Origin: Lentisphaeria bacterium
Lineage (GTDB): Bacteria > Verrucomicrobiota > Lentisphaeria > Victivallales > Victivallaceae
Length of the DNA stretch: 64,000 nt
NCBI GenBank assembly: GCA_017466125.1
Contig: JAFTUS010000117.1
Coordinates: 6,324 to 70,323, forward strand
Direction of reading: 5' to 3'
The translations under genes were made by a program, and so were the position numbers. Each line of letters opens with the position of its first letter. Within the stretch, counting starts at the first letter, position 1. The notes beneath the pieces were generated by a model. It was not told the origin of the DNA, made no database searches, and saw only the letters and a program-made list of their open reading frames with translations. Positions 38,299 through 49,487 of this stretch are shown in pieces.

Positions 38299-40338
38299 CT
38301 ATTTGTCACTTCTGAAGGGGAAAGCGGGAAGCCCTTCCTTGTTTTGCAAATTACAATCACCACGATATCCGGCGAAAGCATAACGGACATAAACCGGCTC
38401 TGATATCTCCGGAGAAGAGACGACTACGGAATCCCCCTCGATCACCGCTTTTGCCCAAACAAATTTTTTATCTGCACCGGCAATGGCAAAAGCCCCCGGA
38501 GATTTATTGTCAGATGTTTTCAAACCTCCTCCGGCATTGAGAAAAAATACCCGCATACGGTCATTTTCCCGAACCGCTTTGGCAAAAAGCGGTCCACGGC
38601 TTGCGACTTTCCGGTCATAAACCATGGATTGCACTTCATTGGAGAGACGTTTGCCGACCTCCTGTTTATTACCCGGATGGATTTGATCGGCTTCGCCAAT
38701 ATCAATAGCTGTTACCAAACCGACATTCGGCAATTTCAACATTTTCTGCTGGATTTCCCGGATCAGAGCATTTCCGTAAACCTTATTGGGATCGCCTTTC
38801 TGCCAGTTGTTTCCAAGTACCGGGTCATATCCGGCAAGCTGAACGATCACAAACGGCAAATCCGGTCTCTGCCATTTACTGCGCCAATCTGCGATCAGGG
38901 TTTCCAATAATTTCTCATAATATTTCCCGCCAACATTACTGCATCCCTGATACCAGATGACACCCCGAACCGGCAATTTGGTCCAACCGTCAACCATACC
39001 ATTATAGAGATTGGAGGGGAAGTTCCGGTCTTTGTAGGGGAAATTCATAAATTCCGGAGCCATTTTTCCGGCGATCTTGCGACTTGGCGCACGGTATTCC
39101 AGCAGTTGTTTCCAACCTTTGTTGGAAAGCCGGAACTGCTGTTTTCCGACAACCAGAGAAATGCCCCGCATCAAATTGTACATCTCGTCACGGCTCCGGT
39201 AAATATGATAATATTCACCCCGGACAGCCAGCAGATTTTCGCCGGATTTACTCCATAACTCCACGGGGATTTCAACCGTTCCGGATTTTTTCTCCTCCGG
39301 GAAATCCGGCTTGTAACTGTGAATTTTTTTCCCGTTGAGATAAATATCTGCGGCCTCGCCTATTTTTCCGAACTTCAAAACGACTTTTTTCCCTGCCATA
39401 TTTGCCGGCAGAGAGAATTTCAAACGGAACCAGCGGCTTTGAGCCTCCCAAAAACATTGCGGGCGTTGAGAACGGTCCCATTGGGAGTCATCCAGAGAAA
39501 CGTTACTGTTTTCCCTGTTCTTCTCCATTTCGGAGCGGCATGCTTCACTGAACAAATCGTGCCATGCTTTCATTTCCTGCTGAAAACGTTCCTTCTCTTT
39601 CGCTTCATACTGCTCTTTTTCCGTCTGTGTGAACTGAAATTTTTTCAGAGTGTTCAGTTCTTTCTGCAATCCGGCTTTTTTATACCCCTCCGCTGAAATC
39701 CATGTTTCAATTTTAGTTCCGCCGTAGGCACTGACGATCAAGCCGACCGGAACATTGAGAGATTTATGCAACTCCCGCCCGAAAAAATAAGCCGTTGCAC
39801 TGAAACTATGAGCGATAGCAGGTCCGGTCTTTACCCATGCCGCATTCTTCATCATTTCAGCGGGGAGACAAACGTTGTGCGAAATCGTTCCGGTCTGCTG
39901 GGCATAACGCAAACCGGGATAATTGGCATTGCGGATTTCTTCCGCGGCATTCAGGGCTGCCCAACCCTTGCGATAGCGTTTGCCTATCATCATACGCATA
40001 TTGCTTTGCCCGGAGCAGAACCATACTTCTCCGGCAAGCATATCAGAAAGCACAATGCTTTTATCCTTACCGGTCACGCTCAACGTCAGGGGCTTGTATC
40101 CGGCTTTTACTGCCGGGAAAGTCACCTGCCACTTACCGTCAGCGGCAGTGGTGCAAGTTTGCTTGCTTCCGTTGAAATCCGCTTCGATCTTTTCTCCGGG
40201 CCGGGCAGTCCCCCAAAAAGAAACCGGCATTTCCTGCTGCAGCACCATTCCGGATGAAAAAACCGGGGCAAGTTCCAAGGCGGTTCCGGTCAGACAAATT
40301 AAAAATATTGCCCCGAACAAACTGTATTTCATATTCAT
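38299..40338 (-). CDS. Secreted sialate O-acetylesterase family protein with inserted beta-sandwich
   Basis: GEVWFCSGQSNM, WYQG, IHP.NK..VG.RL, PFRSD; signal peptide. Confidence 0.9.
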   Translation of the reverse strand: MNMKYSLFGAIFLICLTGTALELAPVFSSGMVLQQEMPVSFWGTARPGEKIEADFNGSKQTCTTAADGKWQVTFPAVKAGYKPLTLSVTGKDKSIVLSDMLAGEVWFCSGQSNMRMMIGKRYRKGWAALNAAEEIRNANYPGLRYAQQTGTISHNVCLPAEMMKNAAWVKTGPAIAHSFSATAYFFGRELHKSLNVPVGLIVSAYGGTKIETWISAEGYKKAGLQKELNTLKKFQFTQTEKEQYEAKEKERFQQEMKAWHDLFSEACRSEMEKNRENSNVSLDDSQWDRSQRPQCFWEAQSRWFRLKFSLPANMAGKKVVLKFGKIGEAADIYLNGKKIHSYKPDFPEEKKSGTVEIPVELWSKSGENLLAVRGEYYHIYRSRDEMYNLMRGISLVVGKQQFRLSNKGWKQLLEYRAPSRKIAGKMAPEFMNFPYKDRNFPSNLYNGMVDGWTKLPVRGVIWYQGCSNVGGKYYEKLLETLIADWRSKWQRPDLPFVIVQLAGYDPVLGNNWQKGDPNKVYGNALIREIQQKMLKLPNVGLVTAIDIGEADQIHPGNKQEVGKRLSNEVQSMVYDRKVASRGPLFAKAVRENDRMRVFFLNAGGGLKTSDNKSPGAFAIAGADKKFVWAKAVIEGDSVVVSSPEISEPVYVRYAFAGYRGDCNLQNKEGLPAFPFRSDK

Positions 40339-43300
40339 TTTTCCATTTTTTTGAGATGATAAACCATCGTTCCATTAAACCGGGTCGTATCCAGAGAACA
40401 ACCGATACTGTTTTTATCCGCAGACAACGCCACTTCTCCTTTCGGGACTCCGCCCATATCCAGAGCCTGAAGTTTCCATTTTCCCGGAGTGAGTTTGAGC
40501 GTAACATCAGCCTTTGCTTTGCGGATAAGTTGTTTGTTGATCCCCCAATCATTGACCTGATGCCCTGCCGCTGATGAAAATTGGATCATTTCATTGGTAA
40601 CATTGCTCAAATGGAAAAGCAGCAGAGAAGAACTTTCTTTGATCTCTTTTCCATCCATGGCGGTCAGGGCAATAATTTGAAATTCCTTTTCCCGAACAGT
40701 TGCCTGAAGTCTTTTTCCGGCAAGCGTTCCCTGTTCCAGAATCATGATTTCAGTTTTGGGGCTGACTACCTGAAATTGACCTTTACGGCTGTCGTAGATA
40801 ATTTCTCCGGTTTCGCTGACTTTCACCGGAGAAGCAGCGAATTTCTTCTCCTGTGCAGTCAAATCTTCGTCCCCCCGGATGGTTCGCACACCGGGGAATT
40901 TCCGTTCCGCAGGCAGAGAACCGACCCGGCAGAAAAGTCCGAGATTCTGGAATGCAAGGGACGGTTCCATGTCAACCATTTTCATTTTTTTATCAAACAT
41001 GGAAAGATCAAATGTTTGTGCAACAGCAGAGGGTGCAACGTTGACATCTCTCCGCAAAAAGAGCAATACAGCCAAACGGTGTGCCATTTGCACCAGAGAG
41101 TCCTGTGCGATATTGAAACCATGGATCGGCAATTCATGCCGTACCCCTTCCCTGTAATGATGCCAGGTGTAAATGTGGGCACTGCCCCAATCCTGCAAAG
41201 CGGCATACGCGCCGTAAACCGGTCCGCCCTCCGCCCGGTGGCGATTGGGAAATACATAATTGAATTCGGACACGACAAAGGGTTTGCCGAAAATACGGAT
41301 CGGTAAAATCGTCCGGGGATTCCAAAGCGCATGTTTCAAAACAGAAGTCTGATTGTGCAGCAAAGGCATACCGCCGGAACCGGGTTTGAAAAAGGGATGA
41401 TCCCAATATTGGTGAACATCGACGATATCCGTTTTTTCCCGGGCGGGAGCGAGAGCATAATTATTCATCCAATTCGGATCAGTAACAAGCGTTTTACATT
41501 CCAACTCGTCTCTCATATAACGGCTTGCCTCTTGTGCAAAACGGCATTGAACCTCTGAAACAAATTTCATAAAAAGTCCATCCCGTCTGGCAAAATTTTC
41601 CGCACTCCACAAATTCTGTTTTTTCAACCATTCGCCATACGCTTTGATATAAAGCGGCTCTTCGCAAAAGTTGAAAGCGGATGCCTCATTGATCAGAGAA
41701 ACGTAAAACAGCGCAGGGTCTTCGGCATAAGTCAAACCGGTATACGGATTCCGGTGGGTCATAAAGGCACGAACAAACTTTTTCCAATTTTCCTGTGCCG
41801 GCGTATAAATATGCAAAAGAGATTTGAAAGAACGTGCCTGCCGGAACTCATTTGGCTTACGCGGCCACCCCTTCACCTCGGCAGCCCGCAACCGCCGGTT
41901 GCAGAACAAATCCAAAGTCATGTAAATACCACGCTTTTTGAATGCGGCGAACAAATAATCAAACTGATCAATGACCTCCGGCAGAAATTCGCAGGAATCA
42001 TCCCCCTCCGGATAAAGCCAGCTTTTCCCCCGGTGAGTGAGGTTGCGTTCCCAGTGGTGGATACGCACAGTATTGAATCCCAATGCAGCAATTTCATCTG
42101 CTAATGCATCAGCCTCGTTTTTGTTCAGCATCAGGGCAGTTTGCACCAGATTGACGCCATAAAAACGGAGAATGCGCTCCGGGGCCTTTTCTGCATAGAA
42201 ATGCCCGTTCTTATTTATCTTTATCCAACCGTTTTTACCTGCCGGAGCATCTTGCATAAAAGAAAAGTCCAGAATACTTCCGGCGACCGGACGTTTGAAT
42301 GGTTCAAGCGTTCCCCATTTCTCACCCGGCAACTGAAAAAAAATGCTTTCAACCTGTCCGGCGGAAATATCCGTATCGCTCAAAGTAACCGCAGCGATCC
42401 GCCATTTCCCCTTACCGGAATTTTGCAAAGAAAGTTTTCCGGCAGCAGCGGGGATCTCAAACCGGCTGAAACGGAAACCCGCTTCACGGTCAGCAGCAGT
42501 GGAAATCAATGCTCCATTCGGCAAACGGTCAAGCGTCTTTGAACCGGCAAAATCAATTCCTTTTTTTAATGTGATATGTTTTGCCCCGACTTCTAAAACG
42601 GGCAAAGCCTCATCATCTGCGGCATGGAGCATATAAAGGAATTTCCCACGCTTACCCGTCAAATCTACGGTGCATTTTTCAGCTTTTTTCAGAACAAGAT
42701 GTTTCCTGGCTTTTCCGCAATCAAAACTGATACCGTTGCAGGAAACTTTTTGCTGAAGTTTATAAGGGACGTTGCTTTCAGAAACATTGGGCAGTGTCAG
42801 TTTGTCCTCATGCAGCGGGGCAAAGTGAACAGCGAGATTCAAACGTGCCTCACGGACGTTACCGCTTCCCGGCTGAAATTTGATGCGCAGCTGATAACTC
42901 CGCACGTTAAATCCCGCTCCGTTGAAAATTTCCAAATTCAGATTTTTTCCGGTAATGGTAATCTTACGCTCTCCATTCAAAAATGAAATGGAAGATACAT
43001 TTTTCAGCGTAACGGGTTTCAAATCGTAATTTCTGCCGTCTACTGTGATTTGACGATTCATAAAACGGTTGTGCGGCAATGTCACTGTCCATACGAGATT
43101 ACGAACCTTACTCCCCGCAGGATCACGCAGCAAGTACTGCAGTGTAACCGTATCGGAAGTCTTTTCCCGAATCCAGATCTGGTAATAAAAATTTTTCCAT
43201 GTTCCCTGATATTCATGATATTTTTCAGTAATTACCGGATAACTGGGTAACGGGGTGGTGGACTTTGCATCCAAACGGAAATTTTTCCATTGCCAATCCC

Positions 43301-43439
43301 AGAGAGCAACGGCGGCATTTAAGCCATCCAGCGTGAGCATTCCGGCTTTATCGCTCCGCACTTCCGGGGGCAGAGCCATCAAAAACGGGGCAATGATCCC
43401 GCAAAAAACGATACCATATTTTTTTACACTCTCAAACAT
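40335..43439 (-). CDS. Secreted clan GH-A glycoside hydrolase (GH5/GH42-like)
   Basis: DAPAGK.G, RFYGVN, VRIHH, NPYTG...EDPA, INE, HQYWDHP, SEFN; paralog of 50114..53890. Confidence 0.8.
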   Translation of the reverse strand: MFESVKKYGIVFCGIIAPFLMALPPEVRSDKAGMLTLDGLNAAVALWDWQWKNFRLDAKSTTPLPSYPVITEKYHEYQGTWKNFYYQIWIREKTSDTVTLQYLLRDPAGSKVRNLVWTVTLPHNRFMNRQITVDGRNYDLKPVTLKNVSSISFLNGERKITITGKNLNLEIFNGAGFNVRSYQLRIKFQPGSGNVREARLNLAVHFAPLHEDKLTLPNVSESNVPYKLQQKVSCNGISFDCGKARKHLVLKKAEKCTVDLTGKRGKFLYMLHAADDEALPVLEVGAKHITLKKGIDFAGSKTLDRLPNGALISTAADREAGFRFSRFEIPAAAGKLSLQNSGKGKWRIAAVTLSDTDISAGQVESIFFQLPGEKWGTLEPFKRPVAGSILDFSFMQDAPAGKNGWIKINKNGHFYAEKAPERILRFYGVNLVQTALMLNKNEADALADEIAALGFNTVRIHHWERNLTHRGKSWLYPEGDDSCEFLPEVIDQFDYLFAAFKKRGIYMTLDLFCNRRLRAAEVKGWPRKPNEFRQARSFKSLLHIYTPAQENWKKFVRAFMTHRNPYTGLTYAEDPALFYVSLINEASAFNFCEEPLYIKAYGEWLKKQNLWSAENFARRDGLFMKFVSEVQCRFAQEASRYMRDELECKTLVTDPNWMNNYALAPAREKTDIVDVHQYWDHPFFKPGSGGMPLLHNQTSVLKHALWNPRTILPIRIFGKPFVVSEFNYVFPNRHRAEGGPVYGAYAALQDWGSAHIYTWHHYREGVRHELPIHGFNIAQDSLVQMAHRLAVLLFLRRDVNVAPSAVAQTFDLSMFDKKMKMVDMEPSLAFQNLGLFCRVGSLPAERKFPGVRTIRGDEDLTAQEKKFAASPVKVSETGEIIYDSRKGQFQVVSPKTEIMILEQGTLAGKRLQATVREKEFQIIALTAMDGKEIKESSSLLLFHLSNVTNEMIQFSSAAGHQVNDWGINKQLIRKAKADVTLKLTPGKWKLQALDMGGVPKGEVALSADKNSIGCSLDTTRFNGTMVYHLKKMEK

Positions 43440-43463
43440 GATTCACAACTCCTCCAGATAAAA

Positions 43464-44249
43464 TCAACGGCGACGTGCCTTAAAATAATCCCGGAAGGAA
43501 TACCACTGCATATTGGGCAGTAATTCCCCCCGTTTTGCCGCAACAGAACCATCCTGATAAAGAACATTTACGCTGAAATCATCATGAATCAATTCTGTTT
43601 TGCATCCATCCATTACCATGGGTTCTCCCGGTTTGGTCAGTTTATAAGAAACATTGCCCGCCACAGGCTGCTCTTTTGTAACTTTATCCAAATCATGCAC
43701 GACAAACGCATAAGTGGAAGAGGTCCATTTCGTTGTTTTTTTGACATACCAATCCGGATTGAACAAGCGATTTTGCGTAGCAGAAAGAGCATCAACCGCA
43801 ATCCGGGGACACGCCAATAATTTGTAGTCAAAATACTTGGGGTAAAAATATCCGGCGGGACCGTAACTGCTTTCGGGTACCGGGTCTCCGGAATGGATAT
43901 TGCCGGACTGGGTAAAATTATAAGCGGCATTGGTAGACGTATACCATTTGCAATAGGTATTCCCGTTGAAATCATCCGTATAACTGACAATTCCAAGCCC
44001 GATTTGTTTGAGGTTATTGACACACTTGGCATCCCGGGCCTTATCCCGGGCCTTGTTCAAAGCGGGCAAAAGCATGGAGGCGAGGATGGCGATAATGGCA
44101 ATGACGACCAGAAGTTCGATAAGGGTAAACGGCGTCGGGAGAGAAAGGGAAAACTTTTGGGAAAAAGGTTCTCCTTTCCTCCTGCCACAGGCGGCGGCAA
44201 CGTTGCTATTACTTGCCCTTTTTTTGCTGTACATTCTTTTCATTTTCAA
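43464..44249 (-). CDS. Prepilin-type (DUF1559/H-X9-DG-like) protein with a long leader
   Basis: FTLIELL..C.NNLKQ; [10 protein letters not shown]; SD AAGGAG before ATG. Confidence 0.9.
   Translation of the reverse strand: MKMKRMYSKKRASNSNVAAACGRRKGEPFSQKFSLSLPTPFTLIELLVVIAIIAILASMLLPALNKARDKARDAKCVNNLKQIGLGIVSYTDDFNGNTYCKWYTSTNAAYNFTQSGNIHSGDPVPESSYGPAGYFYPKYFDYKLLACPRIAVDALSATQNRLFNPDWYVKKTTKWTSSTYAFVVHDLDKVTKEQPVAGNVSYKLTKPGEPMVMDGCKTELIHDDFSVNVLYQDGSVAAKRGELLPNMQWYSFRDYFKARRR
44131..44186. repeat. Imperfect palindrome inside the pilin leader coding sequence
   Basis: GGAGAGAAAGGGAAAACTTTT-GGG-AAAAAGGTTCTCCTTTCCTCC flanked by GGC/GCC. Confidence 0.7.
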
Positions 44250-44275
44250 ATCTCCTTTTGTTTTTGGGAAATAAA

Positions 44276-45496
44276 TTACTTTTTCAAAATAAGTTCCACT
44301 ACCGGTAATAAAACATCCGGCGGTTCTGTGGGTAAATTCAATTTCAACACACCGGCAGGAATACGCAGTGTATTGACATTTTTTTCATCGTGAAAGAGAT
44401 TGGGTATTTCCGAATGGTCATGCAAAAAGCGGACATATTGAACCTTGCCATCCAGATTTTTAAGCAGAATTTCCTTTTGTGACCATGCGAAACAGAAAAG
44501 ATAAAGTCTTTGGGTTTCCGGGTTGTAGGTATAACGGCAATTTTCAGGTTCCGGAAACTCATCGGGGGCTTTGGTACAATGCTTGATGGCACGCTCATGC
44601 AAACGCATCCATGAGCCGACCTCTTTGAGAATTCCGGCGGTACGCCCATCGACAGCACCGCGGCCGGTAGGCGGAACATTCAACAGCATATTCCCTCCCC
44701 GGGAAACATGTTTGACCAGCATTTCGACCAACTGCCGGGGAGTCCACCAGTGATTGTTGAGGGTTGAATATCCCCATTGTCCATTGATGACCTGACATCC
44801 TTCCCAACGCAGTAAAACAGATTTTTCATCTCTTACTCCTTCGGTCGGGATACATTGTTCAGGAGTTGTAAAATCCGAGCATCCCGGCAAACGGGCAATA
44901 ATGATTTCCGGTTGAAGTTCAAGAATTTTTTCCCGTAATTCTTCACTGTGCCAAATGAATTTGGTTTCCGGGTAACTTCCATCAAACCAGAGCATATCGA
45001 TCTTTCCGTAATTACTCATCAATTCCCGAACCTGTTCATGGAGATAACGGGTATAAACAAGCGTATCACGTTCTTCCGGGAAATCACGGAGCGGATGCCG
45101 GGCATCGATCATATAGTTCGGATGATGCCAATCCGGCAGAGAATAATAGACACCGACTTTAAAGTTCCTTTTGCGGAAAGCCTCAAGAATTTCACGCAAA
45201 AAGTCTCTTCCGTAATACTTCATGGAATTATAATCCGTACAAGCCGAGTCGAACATACAGAAACCGTCGTGATGTTTTGCCGTAAAAACGACGTATTTCA
45301 TACCGGCATTTTGAGCGATTTCAGCCCATTCATCAGGAGCAAAAAGGTCCGGTTCAAAATTATCCACATAACGTTGATATTGAACATCTGTAAGTTTGTT
45401 GTCCGACTTGATCCACTCATTCCCGTACGCACCGGCATATACGCCCCAATGAATGAACATGCCGAAACGCTCAAAATCAAACCATATTTTTTTCAT
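44276..45496 (-). CDS. Alpha-L-fucosidase (GH29), no signal peptide
   Basis: [36 protein letters not shown]. Confidence 0.93.
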   Translation of the reverse strand: MKKIWFDFERFGMFIHWGVYAGAYGNEWIKSDNKLTDVQYQRYVDNFEPDLFAPDEWAEIAQNAGMKYVVFTAKHHDGFCMFDSACTDYNSMKYYGRDFLREILEAFRKRNFKVGVYYSLPDWHHPNYMIDARHPLRDFPEERDTLVYTRYLHEQVRELMSNYGKIDMLWFDGSYPETKFIWHSEELREKILELQPEIIIARLPGCSDFTTPEQCIPTEGVRDEKSVLLRWEGCQVINGQWGYSTLNNHWWTPRQLVEMLVKHVSRGGNMLLNVPPTGRGAVDGRTAGILKEVGSWMRLHERAIKHCTKAPDEFPEPENCRYTYNPETQRLYLFCFAWSQKEILLKNLDGKVQYVRFLHDHSEIPNLFHDEKNVNTLRIPAGVLKLNLPTEPPDVLLPVVELILKK

Positions 45497-45715
45497 ATTT
45501 CCCTGCTCCTTTTTAATGAACTGATGCATAATATAACTCACAAAATGTTCATTTACTATGAACTTTTTTGCCGTTTTTGTACACTTTTCATATAATCATA
45601 TTTTTACATACCAGTGATACCAATTTCTTTTTTTATGCTTACAATCACTTGTCCTGCTTGAAATACAGTCAATAAAGTGCTATTTTATGTAAAGTGATTT
45701 CAGAAAGGGTTTGCT

Positions 45716-46522
45716 TTGAAAATCGTACATTTTTCCGATCCCCATGCGGGAGGGCCGGCTGAAGATTGGCTGGCTTATTTTGACAAACGCTGGGTGGGGG
45801 TGTTCAACTACCGTTTCCGCCGTCAGTACCGGGTCGATCTGGAACGGCTCCGCCGCGCCGTTGCGTACATTCTTGACACAAAACCGGATGTTGCAGTCTG
45901 CACCGGCGACCTCACCAGCACCGGGCAGCCGGGCGAATTTGAGAAGATCCGCCCCTATCTCGAACCGCTGAAAAAAAGCGGCATCCCCTTTCTTTATATG
46001 CCGGGAAATCATGATTGCTACGTCAAACGCCCCAAATGCGTCAATGCCATGAAAGCGGCAGTAGAATATCTGAATAACGGTCTTTATTCCTTCGACGAAC
46101 TCCCTGCCGTCCGCCGCATCGCCGGAGTGGATTTTATTTTGCTGAATACCTCCCGTCCCTCAAATCTGCTCTGTTCGTGGGGATTTGTCACCCGGAAAGA
46201 TTCCGCTTTTGTGGAGCAATTCTGCAATGCGCCCAAAACGGCACCCCGTATTCTGCTTTCGCACTACCCCATGCTTGAAGCACACCCCATTCTGCGGCTG
46301 CGCCACGCCCTGATCGGGCAGAAAAACATTCTCAAACTGATGGATGAAAAGAAGATCGACCTTTCGCTTTGCGGGCATGTCCACAAGCCGTCGCAAAAAG
46401 TCGATGCCGACGGCAGGGGTGAAATCTGCGCCGGTTCGATCACGATGTTCGGCGTTATGGCGGAAATCACTGTCGATACAGAAAACGAAAAGTTTTATAC
46501 GCAGAAAATCGATTTGAAATAG
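45716..46522 (+). CDS. Calcineurin-like metallophosphoesterase
   Basis: SDPH, TGDL, GNHD, HYP, GHVH. Confidence 0.9.
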   Translation: MKIVHFSDPHAGGPAEDWLAYFDKRWVGVFNYRFRRQYRVDLERLRRAVAYILDTKPDVAVCTGDLTSTGQPGEFEKIRPYLEPLKKSGIPFLYMPGNHDCYVKRPKCVNAMKAAVEYLNNGLYSFDELPAVRRIAGVDFILLNTSRPSNLLCSWGFVTRKDSAFVEQFCNAPKTAPRILLSHYPMLEAHPILRLRHALIGQKNILKLMDEKKIDLSLCGHVHKPSQKVDADGRGEICAGSITMFGVMAEITVDTENEKFYTQKIDLK

Positions 46523-46541
46523 CCCCGGATAATCAAAATCC

Positions 46542-48347
46542 TTACGGTTTCACATGCAGCAGCAGAATGCGGCGCACCTCCTGGATCGCCAGCGGATTGC
46601 GGTGGGCACTGTGACCGGACTTCACGACGAGTTCGCTTACGGCATGGTCAAGATGACTGCTCCAATAGGGTACAACACCATCACTGCCGCCGGGGGTGTA
46701 GGCTTTTTCCTGATTTCCCATAATGGAGTGACAGGGCAGATTTTCAGCAAACTTCAATTCACCCAGCACCTTGAGCATGGCATTGCCGGGTTTCAGATTG
46801 TCGATGCCGGTATAATTGGCGTTTTTTGCCCGCAAATTGCGCCGTACCAGTTCTGCGGGGAGTTCGATCAGCGCAGAACCGAGACGCCCGATCCAGCTTT
46901 CGGCGATTTGTGAACCGCGGTGCGGAACTGCAATAAAAATCACCCGTTTGACAAATGGCAGCGGTTTGAAATTGACCACCTGCAATGCTTTTTCAAACTG
47001 TTCGGCGGCAAACTCCTTCCGGATCGCTTCGAGGTCTTCGATCCCCAGCACAACGGCGACCTGTTCTGTGGAAGATGAGGTGATCTGCATACGGCTGAGA
47101 AGCCCTCCCATGGAGTGACCGACCAGTACCATTTTATCGAATGCCTCCGTGGAACGTTTCTGCTCCAGCAGTTTCTGCCGCAAATCCTGCAACTCTTTCC
47201 GCAGGATCGCACCTGAAACAAAAATGGGATTGCCGCTGGAATAGGCAAATCCGAGAAACTGATACTTTTCCCGGATCGTTTTGTCGTGAAGCAGGGTATT
47301 GAGCATCTGTCCCCAAGTGCGTATATCGGACATCAAACCATGGACAAAAACGATCGGAATACGCTTGTCATCAAAGGGTTCAAGGTGGTAAAGACCGGTA
47401 AACTCCTTCGCCTCCTTCACCTTGAAAGTGCGGCGGAGAAAATTTTTCTTCTGCGGTGCGCCGGCCGCCTTTGCCAGCGGCGTGGAGAAGTCCGCCGCCA
47501 GCGGCAGGGAATGTTTGCCGAGTTTCACATGACTTTGCGTTCTGGAATAGATGTAACGCAAACGGGCAGATACTTTTCCCGCCGTCGGCTCGAAATCAAA
47601 ATCACCGACGACCGTCACTGCGATCGGCAGCCCCGGCACCAGAATACCGCCGACATCACGGCTGCCGGGCTTTATGGAAGCAACCAGCGGAACCCCCAAA
47701 CCAAAAACACGGGTGTCGTGGGTCAGATTGCGGGTCGAAAAGTGGGCGCAGGGCTGAAGTTGGGCAAGTTCGTTTTCCGGAATGGGCAGCGTATATTGCG
47801 GAACATCAAACCGGACGTTCCGGATATTCCCCGGCATCGCCAGTTCAAAACCGGATTTCCGTTCCAGTCCCCGTTCTTTCAGATAGCAGAACAACTCCGT
47901 CATGGCAAGATTGTTGATGCGGATGAAGCGGATACGCTGTTCATCGTACAACTCTCTGTCATCGTCGATCAACTTCAGATAAAGTCCGCTGTAAACGGCG
48001 GAGGCAAGAAAAAAACGGCAGCTCCGGTCGGGTTCGCTCTGCAAGCGGTAACCGATCCGCAGCGAAGTATCCGCAAGAGCGGCGACGCAGGCGACATCTC
48101 TGTTTTTACGGTAAAGCTGTTCCAGTTGAACGATCAACTGTTCAGGCTCATTGCGGAAAAGATCGTGTAGCAGAAAGTTGCTGAGCAAGTTGACCGTATT
48201 GCCGTTGAGTTCATTTGTCGTCAAATCGGCAACACTGTAATTGCGTCTGCCGCTTACAGAATTTTCCCGCACACCGATTTCCGAAGCGCACCCCGCCAGC
48301 AGAAAAACGACAGCGGCAAGCGGCAAAAAATGTTTTTTCAATACCAT
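46542..48347 (-). CDS. Lipoprotein alpha/beta hydrolase
   Basis: Lipobox LAGC; VHGL, GHSMGG, PHRGS, SDGVV, H. Confidence 0.85.
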   Translation of the reverse strand: MVLKKHFLPLAAVVFLLAGCASEIGVRENSVSGRRNYSVADLTTNELNGNTVNLLSNFLLHDLFRNEPEQLIVQLEQLYRKNRDVACVAALADTSLRIGYRLQSEPDRSCRFFLASAVYSGLYLKLIDDDRELYDEQRIRFIRINNLAMTELFCYLKERGLERKSGFELAMPGNIRNVRFDVPQYTLPIPENELAQLQPCAHFSTRNLTHDTRVFGLGVPLVASIKPGSRDVGGILVPGLPIAVTVVGDFDFEPTAGKVSARLRYIYSRTQSHVKLGKHSLPLAADFSTPLAKAAGAPQKKNFLRRTFKVKEAKEFTGLYHLEPFDDKRIPIVFVHGLMSDIRTWGQMLNTLLHDKTIREKYQFLGFAYSSGNPIFVSGAILRKELQDLRQKLLEQKRSTEAFDKMVLVGHSMGGLLSRMQITSSSTEQVAVVLGIEDLEAIRKEFAAEQFEKALQVVNFKPLPFVKRVIFIAVPHRGSQIAESWIGRLGSALIELPAELVRRNLRAKNANYTGIDNLKPGNAMLKVLGELKFAENLPCHSIMGNQEKAYTPGGSDGVVPYWSSHLDHAVSELVVKSGHSAHRNPLAIQEVRRILLLHVKP

Positions 48348-48518
48348 AAAAAACTCCTGATAAACTCTGTTCCTGATACTATACAGCCACAATCAGCATA
48401 TATCAAGTCTCCAAGGCATTTTTTTCAGAAGATACGAGCGTTGAAGAGTATGGGGCAGTTACCCTTTTGGCAGCGGCAGTAAAAGCCAAACGCCTCCGGA
48501 CTTTTGACAGTTTCACGC

Positions 48519-49397
48519 TCAGCGGAATTTTTTCCGGTGCTGAAGCGGTGACAGATGATCTCTTTTTTTGAAGGCCCGGCTGAACGAAAAGGGGTCACTC
48601 CAGCCGCACTTCGCGGCGATTTCGGCAATGCTCAAATCGGTCTGTTCCAGAAGTTCGATCGCCAACTGGTGGCGGAGGAGTATCAAAAGTTCATGGGGGG
48701 TCAATCCGGTATCGGCGTTGCGGAAGTGCCGCCGTACCGTTTCGGTGGAAACGGAAAACTCATCCGCCAGTGTTTTTACCGAGATTTCCTTTTCAAAATT
48801 GTTGCGGATATAATCGCACATGCGGTCGAACAGTGTGCGCGGTTCGGAACTCTCCGGCAGGCTCTGTTTTTTGCGCCGGAAATTCAGCAGGAGTTTCAGC
48901 AGAGCCAATACGGTCTTTTCGGCGGGGGTCTCTGTCTTCAGAGTCCCCTGAACGATCTCCGCAATACAGGCAAAATCAGAACGGTCAGGCTTGAGCAGAC
49001 GGTTTTTCAGAGAGAAAAACGATGAATAATCCCCCTTCTTTTCCGTAAACGTGATCCACAAAGTCTGATACTCTTCCGGCGGGCAGTCCAGACGGATCGT
49101 GTGGAACTGAAACGGCAGGATACAAACCATCTCCCCGGGGTTCATCGGAATACGCACTCCGTCGATATTCATTACGCATTTCCCGCTCAAGACAAGGGCA
49201 AGAGCCATGCGCTGATGAATAAAAGTTCCGGTCACTTTGGAACTTTCACGGGAGGTCCATGCAAGGATATTTTCCGGCACGAAATCGAAGTTTGCCGAAA
49301 CCCCGCCGGAAAACCAGATATTCCGTATTCCGGACTTGTTTTCAGCAAACATCTCCGCAATGTGCGATAATGCTATTTTTTTGTGTTTTTCTGCCAT
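48519..49397 (-). CDS. AraC family regulator
   Basis: Cupin-like N-terminus; IAAKCGWSDPFSFSRAFKK. Confidence 0.92.
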   Translation of the reverse strand: MAEKHKKIALSHIAEMFAENKSGIRNIWFSGGVSANFDFVPENILAWTSRESSKVTGTFIHQRMALALVLSGKCVMNIDGVRIPMNPGEMVCILPFQFHTIRLDCPPEEYQTLWITFTEKKGDYSSFFSLKNRLLKPDRSDFACIAEIVQGTLKTETPAEKTVLALLKLLLNFRRKKQSLPESSEPRTLFDRMCDYIRNNFEKEISVKTLADEFSVSTETVRRHFRNADTGLTPHELLILLRHQLAIELLEQTDLSIAEIAAKCGWSDPFSFSRAFKKRDHLSPLQHRKKFR

Positions 49398-49487
49398 TTT
49401 ATTTCACGCTTTTCTGTGGTATAATATACACAGATACAATAAAAAGTCAATAGAAACTTTCAACTGCAAACAAGAAAAGGCAAAAAA

